DNA from: Chiloscyllium plagiosum
Taxonomy: Eukaryota
Assembly: GCF_004010195.1 (NCBI RefSeq)
Contig: NC_057718.1
Location: forward strand, 51,592,373 to 51,656,372
Length of the DNA: 64,000 bases
Reading direction: 5' to 3'
This document shows, piece after piece, positions 52,355 through 64,000 of this stretch. Under the pieces are notes generated by a model. That model was not told the origin of the DNA and made no database searches. It saw only the letters and a program-made list of their open reading frames with translations. The position numbers and the translations under genes are program-made. Position 1 is the first letter of the stretch. Each line of letters opens with the position of its first letter.

Positions 52355-52635
52355 GGTGGCTCAGTTGTTAGCATTGCTGCCTCACGGTCCCAGGTTCGAT
52401 TCTGGCCTTGGGTGACTGTCTGTGTGGAGTTTGCACATTCTCCCTGTGTCTGCGTGGGTTTCCTCCGGGTGCTCCAGTTTCCTCCCACAATCCAAAGATG
52501 TGCAGGTTAGGTGAATTGGCCATGCTAAATTATCCATAGTGTTAGGTGGGTCTGGGTGGGTTACTCTTCGGAGGGTCAGTGTGGACTTGTTGGGCCGAAG
52601 GGCCTGCTTCCACACTGTAGGGAATCTAATCTAAC
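52355..52635 (+). mobile_element. HE1-type V-SINE
   Basis: GGTGGCTCAGTTGTTAGCATTGCTGCCTCAC head, V-domain, AATCTAATCT tail. Confidence 0.9.
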
Positions 52636-53794
52636 CTTATTTGCGCCATCTTTTCATCAGACTTTTGAAGAATTACGAGTGTAAACCAACAATTATTTAT
52701 CTTTTAATGCAGTAAACACTTTTGAAATTATATAACTGTTTATTTATGTTATATTAATGCGTATAAGTTGGTTGTGGCCTGGCACTGAGATTTTGCTTCA
52801 CTGTAACAATCTGGAATATCGGAGCTGAAAGAAATACCCTGACAGAAGACATGTGCATAAGTGGGTTTGAGGATGCAAAACAGGATGGTCAATTTAGTCA
52901 AGAAACAGCCTTGCCAATACTAGCAAGGTGTACAAACCAAAATAAATTGTACAGGAGAGTTGTCCTCAAACAGAGATAATAGACATTTTTGTGCTTGGAA
53001 CAGTAATCATGCCTCCATTAACCGTAGCTCTTGTGATTGATTACAATGTTAGAGATAATGAAGCATAGACAAACAGCCTGCATTTGTTAAAATGTGGTTT
53101 AGGGAAGCAAATAGAGGCTTCAGGATAGTAGTCATCTGGCAGAGGTGCTGGACAGGACATGACGGAATTAGCAAAACACAATTCAATGGACAAAGCCAAT
53201 TGTGACTTTAAACGACACAGGGCAATATCAAGAAATGGTAGAAAAGAAGTCAGTCTTTGCAGCTGCGGTAAGTTGGGTGATCTGGCCAGTGACTTTGAAG
53301 CCGCATAAGTAAAGCCCCAACAATGGAAACAAAGTCCAACATGCAGGGCTGCTCAGCAACTGGCATCTTCACAATACACTATTGTTTGTAGGTTTAATAA
53401 TATCTATCATCTATAATGAAACAATATCCAAGTTGCTGTGGATTGTTAATAGCCAGAGGAAAGGCTTTAGATAAGTTGATAGTCATATATAGGTGTAATA
53501 AAACAAAGCGATCAGGTACAGTAATAGCACATGGCTGAAGTGTTCAAATCTCAGTCTTCCTGAAGGGAACTGATAATCAAGAGACACAGATTCCTCAGTG
53601 CCTGTGCCAGTCAGTTGTCTGGGAGTATCCCTCATGTCACCTTCTGATAGGTTTTAATCCATGTCATCCCAGTCAACCCTAGGAATGCACAGCAGTGTTG
53701 AACAATTCTTCAGGCAAGGCAAAGTAAATGTTGGACATTCTAACTTTTCTACTTTGCTTAACATGAGATACATTGTCCTCTATTTTTTACAAAA

Positions 53795-54125
53795 TTCACT
53801 CATAGCATAAGGGCATCTCTTGCTAGAACAGTATTTATTGCCCATCCAAGAGGGCAGTTAAGATTCAACCACATTGCGGTGGGTCTGGAGTCACATGTAG
53901 ACCAGACCAAGGAAAGATGGCGGTTTCCTTCCCAAAAGGACATTAGGGGAACCAGATAGGTTTTTCCAACAATCAACAATGGATTCATGGTCATCATTAG
54001 ACTCTTAACTCCAGATTTTTATTCAATTCAAATCCCATCATCTGCCACCGACCAAGCTCCCCACAACATTACCTGGGTGTCTGGATTAATAGCCTAACAA
54101 TCATACCACTAGGCCATCACCTCCC
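53795..54125 (-). mobile_element. Dispersed retroposon copy (LINE-tail/SINE-like), left arm of a local inverted pair
   Basis: 53795-54012 is the near-exact reverse complement of 55582-55799; its tail is shared with 26300, 55140-55218 and 57955-58030. Confidence 0.75.
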
Positions 54126-54239
54126 CAGTGTAACACCAGAATGAATCTGCAAGGGGATCTTATGGCAGTTAAGAGGTTGAGAACAGGGACAAAAAGGCCT
54201 AACTATGTTCCTTGGCTTTGACCAGTGTACTATAACATC

Positions 54240-54322
54240 CAGAATCGAGTGTGGTGCTGGAAAAGCACAGCAGATCAGGCAGCATCCAAGGAGCAGGAGA
54301 ATCGACATTTTGGGCAAAAGCC
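54240..54322 (-). mobile_element. Penelope-like 3'-end fragment truncated within hammerhead helix II
   Basis: Minus strand GGCTTTTGCCCAAAATGTCGATTCTCCTGCTCCTTGGATGCTGCC. Confidence 0.75.
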
Positions 54323-54429
54323 TACAACAACATCCACAGCAAACAAACTGTTGCTTGGCATCATGGGGATCGCAACACTTGAATATCGGCCGATTTCTCA
54401 AGATCCAGGAGCTCACCACTAATTAAATA

Positions 54430-54892
54430 AGACCATTAAGCCACAAGACATAGCAGCAGGAATTAGGCCATTCGGCCTGAATCTGCTCCACCATTCAAAC
54501 ATGGCTGATAGGCCTTTCAACCTCATTTTCTCCCTTTCTCCCCATAAACTTTGGTCCCTTGGCAATCAAAACTTATTGTTTTAAATATACTTAATGACTT
54601 GGCCTCCACAGCCTTCTGTGGCAATGAATTCCACAGAATCACCACTCTCTGGCAAAAGACATTTCTCCTTATCTCCATCTAATGGGCCTTCTCTTTACTC
54701 TAAGGCTGTGCCCTTGGGTCCTAGTCTCTCCTACCAATGGAAACATCTTCCCAATGTCCACCCTGTCCAGCCTATTCAGCTTTCTGTAAGTTTCAGTCAG
54801 ACCTCCACCTCATCCTTCTAAACTCCACCATGTATGGTCCCAGAGTCCTCGAATGCTCCTGCTATATTAAGCCTTTCATTATTGGGATCATT
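54430..54892 (-). mobile_element. CR1 LINE 3' fragment
   Basis: CAAGACATAGCAGCAGGAATTAGGCCATTCGGCC tail; GAATTCCACAGAATCACCACTCTCTG. Confidence 0.8.
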
Positions 54893-55581
54893 TTGCTCTG
54901 TGGTTATTAAAAAAAAACTAGTCAGGAATAGGGCAATCAAGACAATTTCTTAATTTCAGGGCTGGGGTGACAAGCTATCCACAGTGCAGCAGCTACAGTG
55001 AACACTTCTTGGTGAGAAGCCTTCCTGCAGGTGGGTTAATCCACTTAAGGGCCTCAACTGGCTGCAGGGTGGGAAGGTCAACCACAGATTTTCCTACCAG
55101 TGCTTAATCCTAATGGAGCTGGGGTGGCAGCAGCAATGTGGTTGACGCTTAACTGCCCTCTGGAATGGACAATAAATGCTGTTGTAGCCAGAGATGCCCT
55201 CATCCTGTGAATGAATACCAAATTCACTATTTCAGTGCCATTTCACTTTCAACATGGAGGAGCAAGACGTTCAGCCTTATATGTGTGTTTGCTAATGGCA
55301 TTTAAAAGGAATATAACACGCTCCTAATTGAAAAGGATGTCAGATTAATAGTCCATTAAAAGTAATGGACTCCCATATCTGCTGTAATAAAGAGTAACTG
55401 TTGACTTTATTCACTTTCCAGGAACTTAGAAAAATGTGAAATAAGAAGTCATAAACTATACCCATTGAAGTACAGTATACGTTTAAATGTTCTTTACATT
55501 ATCATATTATGATTTACTTAAAATATAAAATTTATGCAACAGCACCCACAAAGAAAGCCTTGAACAGTTTGTGCCTGCTTA

Positions 55582-55799
55582 GGAATTAAGAGTCTAATGA
55601 TGACCATGAATCCATTGTTGATTGTTGGAAAAACCTATCTGGTTCCTCTAATGTCCTTTTGGGAAGGAAACTGTCATTTTTCCTTGGTCTGGTCTACATG
55701 TGAGTCCAGACCCACCGCAATGTGGTTGAATCTTAACTGCCCTCTGTGATTGGCAATAAATGCTCTTCTAGCAAGAGATGCCCTTATGCTATGAATGAA
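55582..55799 (+). mobile_element. Dispersed retroposon copy, right arm of the local inverted pair
   Basis: Reverse complement of 53795-54012. Confidence 0.75.
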
Positions 55800-55800
55800 C

Positions 55801-56050
55801 AGGCAACTGACTGTGTGGAGTTTGCACATTCTCCCCGTGTCTGCATGGGTTTCCTCCGGGTGCTCTGGTTTCCTCCCACAGTCCAAAAATGTGCAGGTTA
55901 GGTGAATTGACGATGCTAAATTGCCTGTAGTGTTAGGGGCAAAGGTGAATGCAGGGGAATGGGTGGGTTGCACTTCGGCGGGTCGGTGTGGACTTGTTGG
56001 GCCGAAGGGCATGTTTCCACACTGTAAGTAATCTAATCTAATCTAATCTA
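55801..56050 (+). mobile_element. 5'-truncated HE1-type V-SINE
   Basis: V-domain and (AATCT)4 tail; tRNA head missing. Confidence 0.88.
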
Positions 56051-56814
56051 AAGATATCACGTTACACAACTACTCATCTTACATTAAAACAACTCTCTTC
56101 AGAATGAAGAGAATAAATAATTATTTTTTAAACATTCAAGCCATCTCTAATACCTCTTTTGAATTAGATATAACAGTTTGCAAACTGTTAAGACTTTGGT
56201 AGCATGAAGCAACATTAATTTTAAAGTGTTTTAGAACTTTATTTCGAAATATTAATTGTAAGTATTTACCACAACACTTTATTTTACCTACACAGGCACA
56301 TGGAGAGTAATAATACTTCTAAGTGTTTGCTCCCAGCAGGAGTTAAAATAATTTCCTGTTGTGGTATTTTGAGTGATTACTAATTAACATGTTTTTAGAC
56401 GTGCCTTGGTTTGGAGCAAAATATAAAAGCAAATTTTCTCTCTTGCCTTCAGAGCTAAAGGTTATACATAGTGGAGCAAATAACTTTAATGAATTATATG
56501 CACTGTGATTTGCCCCTAAAGGGTTGAATCAATTAATAGCATTTTGATTTTGCCATATCAATAAGGTAATTTCTCATCATAGAAACAGCATCTAAAGGAG
56601 TAAATAGTTGGCACATTGGTGAAAGATCAATTGAACCAAGGTGAATTTGGCAATGAATCAACCACAAATTATTGGTTGCTTAGAAACAGCATGATATCTT
56701 GCAGAGTTTCTAAGTCTAACAAAACATTTTAAGAAAAAGACCAACAATTCGTATGTGTTATGAGAAATATTGGAGTCCATCTGAGGGTTACAAATCAACC
56801 AGAAATGTTATTAC

Positions 56815-56937
56815 CTTCAATAGGCTGTAGTTCATCCACTATTAGCTTCAGGGATTTTCCTCGACGACTTACACGAACAGTGTGCCACTCATTGTCATTG
56901 AGATTTTGTCCAGCAAAAAGCATTTCTGGACCCTTGC
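56815..56937 (-). CDS. NRXN1: Alpha-neurexin (NRXN1-like) internal coding exon A, 123 nt; LNS4 segment immediately after alternative splice site 3
   Basis: Translates (G/S)[40 protein letters not shown], matching neurexin [31 protein letters not shown]. Acceptor TTCTTACGCAG|GC at 56938/56937, donor GAAG|GTAATA at 56815/56814; phase 1-1. Confidence 0.95.
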
Positions 56938-57595
56938 CTGCGTAAGAATATGGCAATGGATGATTAGGTTGTGAATTCAATTCTAAACTTATTACATTTC
57001 CTTAGACTTGAACCCCAGTGAATGATAAACAGTACTTGAGAAAGGAAAGCAATATTAAAATCCATAACAAAACTATGCTTTACATCATTATTCTAGGTCA
57101 AGTCAAGAAAAAGAAACATATTATGAAATCATGCATATCAATGCACACTTAAAATACCAGTACAATTGTCTGTCACGAATAGGCACAAGTGTCTCCTTCA
57201 TTACAGGAAATCCGTTTTTTAGCACTCAACTTATTATTTCCTTGGCAATTGTTTAATTGAATTTGGAACAATTTCATGCTTTGGGTATAACAATGTCCAA
57301 CAATCATGAAGCATACACATTGCTGAACTATCCTTTCCAACTGTGCAACAGAATCCTGTTAAATTTTATTTACCTTCTACCAATCTACTCTCGTTTTCCA
57401 TTCAAGTACAAAATGCAAGGACAGTGTAATGAGTTTCATGCATTATCCTATCAATTTCCATCTACTTCAGACATCTGTCTTCCTTGCCTCCATTGTATTA
57501 TTGCTGACAAAGCTATCAACTCTCTTGAAGTATCTTCCTTGATCCCTTTTCCCTTGCCAAATCTTTCCCTACTTTCAATGATCTTCGCAGAAACT

Positions 57596-57784
57596 ACCCT
57601 TTTAACAGAAATAAAATAAAAGACTGTGGATGCTGGAAATCTGAAACAAAACATAAGCTGCTGTCGAAGCTCAGCAGGTCTGGCAGCATCGGTGGAGAGA
57701 AAGCAAAGTTAACATTTCTCCCCACAGATGCTGCCTAAGTTGTTGAGTTTCTCCAACAATTTCTGTTTTTGTCACCCTTTTGAC
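57596..57784. mobile_element. Older fold-back Penelope-derived insertion with 11-bp imperfect TSD
   Basis: CTCAGCAGGTCTGGCAGCATCGGTGGAGAGAAA / TTTCTCCCCACAGATGCTGCCTAAGTTGTTGAG arms; ACCCTTTTAAC 57596-57606 versus ACCCTTTTGAC 57774-57784. Confidence 0.7.
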
Positions 57785-59000
57785 TATATCTGTGCCATTT
57801 TCCTGAAATCCTCTCTGTCTCCTCCTCAGTGTCAAATTACACATTTGAGGTATTTGAGGTGTTATTGAAAAGCAAGTTATTGTAACAGTGTGATGCACGA
57901 ATTAATGTAAAAATTACTTCTCTGTAAAGTCTGACATTGCATCCTCTGGATGTGGACATAACTGGGAAGACCAGCATTTATTGCCATCCTTTAGTTCCAG
58001 AGAAAGTGTCAGGCACACTTCTTGAATTGTTGGTAATGGTTTGATGCAATTTATTGCTGCGATATAAGCTTGCATGATTACTTCAGAAGATTATGAAAGG
58101 TTAAACATGTTGATGGGGAAGATTGGAATCAAATCCAGATCAGAGTGGGTAAAGTCAGTACATTTCTTCTCCAAAAGGACATTAATACACTATCTTTTTG
58201 AAAACGATAATGTTAGAAGAATTGTCAGTTTTATTCAGACCAGGTTCCTATTTTCCTTTTTTTAAAACAAAAATCAAACATACCTAACAAGATATGTTAT
58301 TGTAACATTTGAATAAATATTCTCCACACAATCATACATATACTACGAAAGGGGAAGTAAACAAAAAAAAACTCTATGAACATTGACAATAGCCTACGGT
58401 GTAATTGTCTGATCAAGCCTTCTCAATCATTCGCAATGTCAATTACGAACAGAGCCAAATAGCAACAGAGTGAGAGAAATGTTGTGTTTTAGAAAAAAAG
58501 GAATCAAGGATCAATGTCCCAGAGTTTAAGTCAATAAAGTAAGCTTCTGGGGATGAAAAAGAAATTTAGATATAATATTTCAGTCATGTTGGGAGATTTC
58601 AGTCTTTGCAAAGTGCATTTGCAAGCAAAAAAGCTGCCGCAATGGATAAAACAACACAATAATTAAACTCCATCTTAAATATATGGTGAAATGGAAAAAA
58701 AAGAGCGCAACACATGGTGACAGTCTGCCTCCACTTTCTGTGGAGGAGTAGCCTCATAATTGAGCTTGAAAACATAGCCCTTATAGGCCTTCACCAATGT
58801 ACTTTGACACACAACATAGCCCTTAGCATTACTTTACATGAATGGTGTATGCCTCAATGCTCATTCTATGCAAGCTGCAGGATATCTCAACATCTAAAAT
58901 TGGAGTTACATTCAAATATTACAAATACAAAAATAGCAGACACCCATCAAATCACTTGTAAATTGAAGTGGAAAATTAAATGAGGTGCTGAATGGAGAAC

Positions 59001-59121
59001 TGCACAGAAGTGTTTTTAAGAAGGGCCATCAAACCCAAAATGTTAACTCTGATTTCCCTCCACAAATGCTGCCAGACCAGCTGAGTTTTTCCAACAATTT
59101 ATGTTTTGTTGCACGGCAGTG
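59001..59121 (+). mobile_element. Single-arm Penelope-derived insertion starting at a decayed hammerhead
   Basis: TTAAGAAGGGCCATCAAACCCAAAATGTTAAC.. flanked by TGCACAGAAGTG (59001-59012) and TGCACGGCAGTG (59110-59121). Confidence 0.65.
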
Positions 59122-62100
59122 CTGATTTTTATTCAAATTGGAATTGATTCAAGTGCTTGATTAGTTAGGCCACCTTCAGCTTTTTATTGTACAAAATTAG
59201 TAAGAAAAATTAGCTTAATTATTGTGGGCATGCTCAGACCTGGTATTTAATTTCTTCCAAACAAGCAGCAAGTTCAATACCTTCTGTTTACTCAATGAGG
59301 TCAGTCATACTCATATAGGATTAAATTTATGGGCACAGTAGGAAATGGTATTATTCACACAATCCAAAGGTAAAATAAGTTTTAAGGTACATTCTATTAA
59401 TTTAATCTTTTAATGTATGAATCTAAAAATTCCCAGTTTGTAACCTATGAAATGTATGATCTAATCAATTCTGAGTCTGGATTTTCATGTCAGAATAGGG
59501 GCAGATAGTACTTCAAAACAGTGGAACATAATTCTTGGATTTCTGCCTTCACCCTCATTATTTGCTTATTTTTGCTGGAGAGTTATAAAGGTGCTGCTAG
59601 TGAGCCTGCATGCTGCAGTCTTGAACTTGATTCATAGCAGCGATGAATGGTTTATACATCCTGCAATTTTGACAGAGTCGGACAGCGTTTTGGAGATGTG
59701 GTTCACTGCTCTTAAGTTTAAAGGTAGTTTACATTTCTGTTTTTATGTTCTTAATTGTGTTTTTAAGGTTTTTGTAAAGCTTTTATATTTTTAAGCAGTA
59801 TTGGACGATGGAATTCCTTATTTAAAAATAGAGAAACCATGCAACTGACGAGCATCGTGTAAGGGTTCAAATGCATTTGTGTCCTTTCTAAAATGGGTAA
59901 TGTTTTACTCTGCATTCTATAATATGGAAAATCAGAACCTCAATGTATATAGGGAACACTGTCGCTTAGACAAAAGGAATGTGTTGACTGCCATAAAATG
60001 CTCTCACTATGCATGTGCAAAAAGTGCATGCACAATACCCATGTCAGTACTGCCAGTAATGCATTTCATTCTGTTCACTCATATTTATTGTACTTACTTG
60101 GGCACCACCATATTTTAGATTGGCAGCGTTTTCACAACTTGTGCTTGCATAGAACTTTCCTCATGAGCAGTGTGAAACTTCGTTTCATATCTTGACATTT
60201 GCTGAACCTTTGAAACATTCTTCCCATATCCTCCGGATACAGAGCCGATACTTTATAATAATTCTGTCATGCTTTTTCTTAAATGCTCAAGAAATAAACA
60301 CTTTCTTGTTTATTTTTAATATTTTTTTGGACTAAAGCTTGCTCACCACCAATCATACATAAAATTGACAAATATTTCTGGAATGTTCCAATCAGCAATT
60401 ACTAGGATAGGCTCAGACACAGTCATCCTAGAATGTCATGCTCTTAGACTATGGGAACCTTGCAGTCAACAGACACAAATGAACAGTTAACATCTACGAC
60501 TCTATAAGAGTGAGAACAAAAAGGTGCTAAAAAAAACTTGTTGAGCCTGAATGAGCACCGTTAGCTCAAAATATTTCCCATACAATGATCAATAGGTTTT
60601 GACCAGAACCACAGAAAGTTACCCTATTCATTCATGTGGAATTGCTAATACTTCCATTTATTTCCCCCACTCTGGGCCAGAGGGAAATAAACCAACTGTT
60701 AAATTGAAACTGACACTTTAATGGACATATCACGTGACTAAAACTCTTTGATTCATAGAAATCAGTTTCAATTATACATTTCTGAACACTTGCCTCAGTC
60801 TTGTGAAAATCTAGTTAACAGTTAAGATTCTAACTGGTGACATCACAACAAGACCCAGAGCCACAGAATATAGCAGCAAGAGTTGGCCATTCAGCCCTCT
60901 GAGCCCGCTCCACCAATCAAAATGACCACGGCTGACCATCTAACATAGTGCCATGTACCCACTTTCTTCCCTTACCCTTTGATCCTTTTAACCCTAAAAC
61001 TGCCTCTAATCTATAATTCCTTTGTAACCTAGTCCCAGAAGAAACTTTGTTTTCACCTGAAAAGGGAAAAACACATCTGTGCACCAACATTAGGCCCCTA
61101 GGAAATCATCAACTGAAAAACAATTCTGAAAATTTATCCTACTGCATCCATCTGAATTATAGCTTTTCTGGAAATGAAGCCTTTAGGACACTGACTTTCT
61201 GGCCACAAGTTTTAAAAATTGCGTGAATTAATGTCCAGCTCTTTATTTCATTTTATCAATATTCATAAGTGTAAATGTCTTTCCTTCCTTCCACCTTGTA
61301 TACGTCTGTGTGTGAATATATTTTGCAACAATTATCTGCAGGGTTTGAATGCATGAATGAACCATTCTTTTCATTTCTCTCAAAAGAGAGTTTGTTGGGG
61401 ATCATTTAAAAATTGGACTTCACAAGCAAAGCATTTGGGGAATTCACAAGGGAATATTTCAAAAGGGAAGAAATTAAGAAAAATATTTGAAAAGGACCTC
61501 TGCTTAGAGACTGAAGAGATGAAACAATAAAAAAAAAACTATTTCATAGCAGGTTACAATGCACATAAATTCCTTATAAAGATACGTTAGTGTTCTGAAG
61601 TGGTGACAAAACCTCCTTAAACAGTACATGAAACAAATGGCTTTATGAGCAAAGATAGTTTCAGAATTACACACTACCATCAGTTCTAATGAAAAATGAA
61701 CGCTAAGCATTATCTTTGACTAGAAGAAACTTCCAAGATGTAGTAGCTTATCTTAAAATAACTATGGATTTGCATATTGGTAGTGTACAGATCAGTCTGA
61801 TATGCTTTGAAGTCCTTCTAGATTGCAATTAGCTATGGTCAAATATGACTGACCAGCTAAAAGGAATACATTTTCTAGGAATTAACTGGAAACACTTGTG
61901 TCCCTACATTAGTGGCTACAGAATCCCAAATTATTGCTAACTTTTACAAATTTGCTGCACTCTGTTCAGATCTCACTAGCTGCAAGATGCATTCATACTG
62001 CTCTGCTGAGGTAACGAGGCCATCTAGCATCTTCTCAGGCCAGATTAAGTATCCTGATCTAATTTAACATTCTTATGGATTCTTTTAAAAAAATTCTACA

Positions 62101-64000
62101 CATGTTCACCAGTTTTAAGAAATTGGTCATATGTCATTACCCAAAGTGTATGGAAAATAACAGTATTGCAATCAGTGACATTCTTTTGATCTGTCATTTT
62201 ATAATTAAACATTACTTTTGTATTTTCTATATGTTTGTGCCCACTCTTGACTTACCACATAATTTCAGAAACCTTAAAAGAAATTAGAATAATAAAAGCT
62301 AGATTGAAACAGGAATCATTTCATACATTGATATAACTAACACAGAATAAGACACGGAAAATCATTTTATTTAATACTGTACTGGTGTAGTAATATATCC
62401 ACACTATATCAAATAGATTTTCACCACAAAAACAAATTTCTGAGCATGCCAATGTCCTTTATCTTATGTTTGGGATGTAAACATAGAAATTAAGACTGGA
62501 TTGTGACTTCATAATCAAAAATTTAAGTTATATCTTGCAGAAATTTGAGACGATGTTCGGTTGATGTTCGAGCTACATATTGATAGGAGAGAATATTATG
62601 AGAAAGGCATTGCATAAATATCTTATTAGTCATATTTGCTATAATAAACTATGTTTAGTACTGACTATGCAACATTTAGAAGTGAGTTTTGAGTATCAGT
62701 CACAGCACAACAGTGCATTGAAAACTGAAATGCCCTATAGTTATTTCTGAGAGAATTAAATTTGCTAACAATCCGATTCCTCATCTTTTGACAGGGAAAT
62801 GTATTTGCTTCCACAAAATGAAAACTCGACAATCAAATCTTGCGTCTGCCTCAGTACATGATGGAAGAATTAGTTGTGCAACTCTTCAGTTGTATATTTA
62901 GAAATAAAAGTATAAATATTAATGCTTTGTTTGATCAATTGATCAGAACTTGACATATCTTTTTTGAAATATTAATTTGCCTTCTAGAATATAATGGATA
63001 TAATATCACCAAATGTACCAATATTGAACAAAGCTAAATTTGATAATTTCACATTTGTATTGCAGATATTGTTTGACACAGGTTTTTGTTTTCATAGTAT
63101 TGTAATCTAAAATAATTACATGATACTGCAACTGCATATAGCTCAGTGCATATGTAATGTTCTTCAGCAGAATATTGCAAAACAATATACCGCCTTGCTG
63201 GATTTGCACTAACTTTAAAAAAGCATGTAACTCGTACAAAAGAACATTGGGTTATGTCCAAGAGTGTCTCATTGCTAAAGTTAATAATAAAGTCTTGATA
63301 TTTACAAGGTTGTATCAGCATTCGCCACGGAAAAGCAAAATATCTCCACTTTTATAATATCTCATTGCAGATGTAACATATGTAAGACACTACAGCTGCT
63401 GCAAGACAGAAATATTTTTTTTTAAATACTGAACATATTCAACAAGTCAGGTCAGTGGAGACAGAAACGGAGGTAGTGTTTCTGATTTGGCTGTGTTTGC
63501 ATCAATATAAAGCCAAACCCTTATTTCAGTGATGTGTAATATGCAAGATTAGGGTGTATATGGCTACACCTATGCATCTGGCATAGATTTTGCCAGGCAT
63601 TTGTACTTCAAAAAAAAAGCTGTGTAAGTATACCCTCTTCTTTCATATTATTCACTTCTTTCCTTTTCTTGTCTGGTTGGCATAGCTGATTTTCTGGTCA
63701 AAATATGCATACCTACTCATGTTTTTATGCAAAGGAGATGGCAGGGCAGAGGGGGTATGGGCTAATATCACTGGTTTGACATATTTCTCCACAGCTGGAA
63801 CAGCAGCCATTAGTCGCACATCCACAACTTTCTTTTGCTTTATTCAAGGGCTCAGGGTGGCCGCCATTGGGGAAGATGAATGCATTCCATTTCCTCTGGG
63901 AACTCAACAATGTATTGAAAGGATCAAATTGATATAGGCTGTAAATAAACATATTTTCTATGGTTCTGAAGAAAGTTCATTGACCTGAAACACTACCTCC

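Noticed and set aside
61655..61690. TTTTTCATTAG|AACTGATGGTAGTGTGTAATTCT (ELMVVCNS) as a diverged SS3 exon
   Set aside because: Acceptor-like and ends in CNS, but no GT donor follows and the first Cys is absent; likely chance.
12..63952. Remaining short ORFs in the six-frame track as host genes; CRISPR or other prokaryotic systems
   Set aside because: They are repeat-derived (e.g. recurring CGRKPEHPEETHADTG and CCLTCCAFPA peptides) or random intronic ORFs; there is no regularly spaced repeat-spacer array or operon structure.
56938..64000. Neurexin SS3 mini-exon (27 nt, DCIRINCNS-like)
   Set aside because: No AG-27 nt-GT segment encoding this peptide was found by eye; it is probably upstream of the window.

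Overview
Vertebrate genomic DNA, almost certainly an elasmobranch (shark), judged from HE1-type V-SINEs, CR1/HER1-like LINEs and Penelope-like elements. The whole window lies inside an alpha-neurexin gene on the minus strand, best matching NRXN1. Five internal coding exons are present (56937-56815, 45469-45088, 43805-43615, 38773-38600, 12970-12851; 123/382/191/174/120 nt), all with GT-AG junctions and compatible phases. They encode the second half of LNS4, all of LNS5 and EGF3. The rest is intron packed with decayed mobile DNA: CR1, HE1 SINEs, a Deu-type SINE, Rex1/Babar, Penelope, Ty3/Gypsy and Harbinger relics. The most striking unexplained structure is a family of ~150-220 bp fold-back (palindromic) insertions with 11-16 bp target-site duplications. 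They derive from Penelope-like element 3' ends and carry a minimal hammerhead-ribozyme core (CUGANGA-A-stem-GAAAC-GUC) at the turn of the hairpin, and several cores lie in the sense of the neurexin pre-mRNA. Repeat family names and orthologue comparisons come from recalled consensus motifs, not database searches, and repeat boundaries are approximate.
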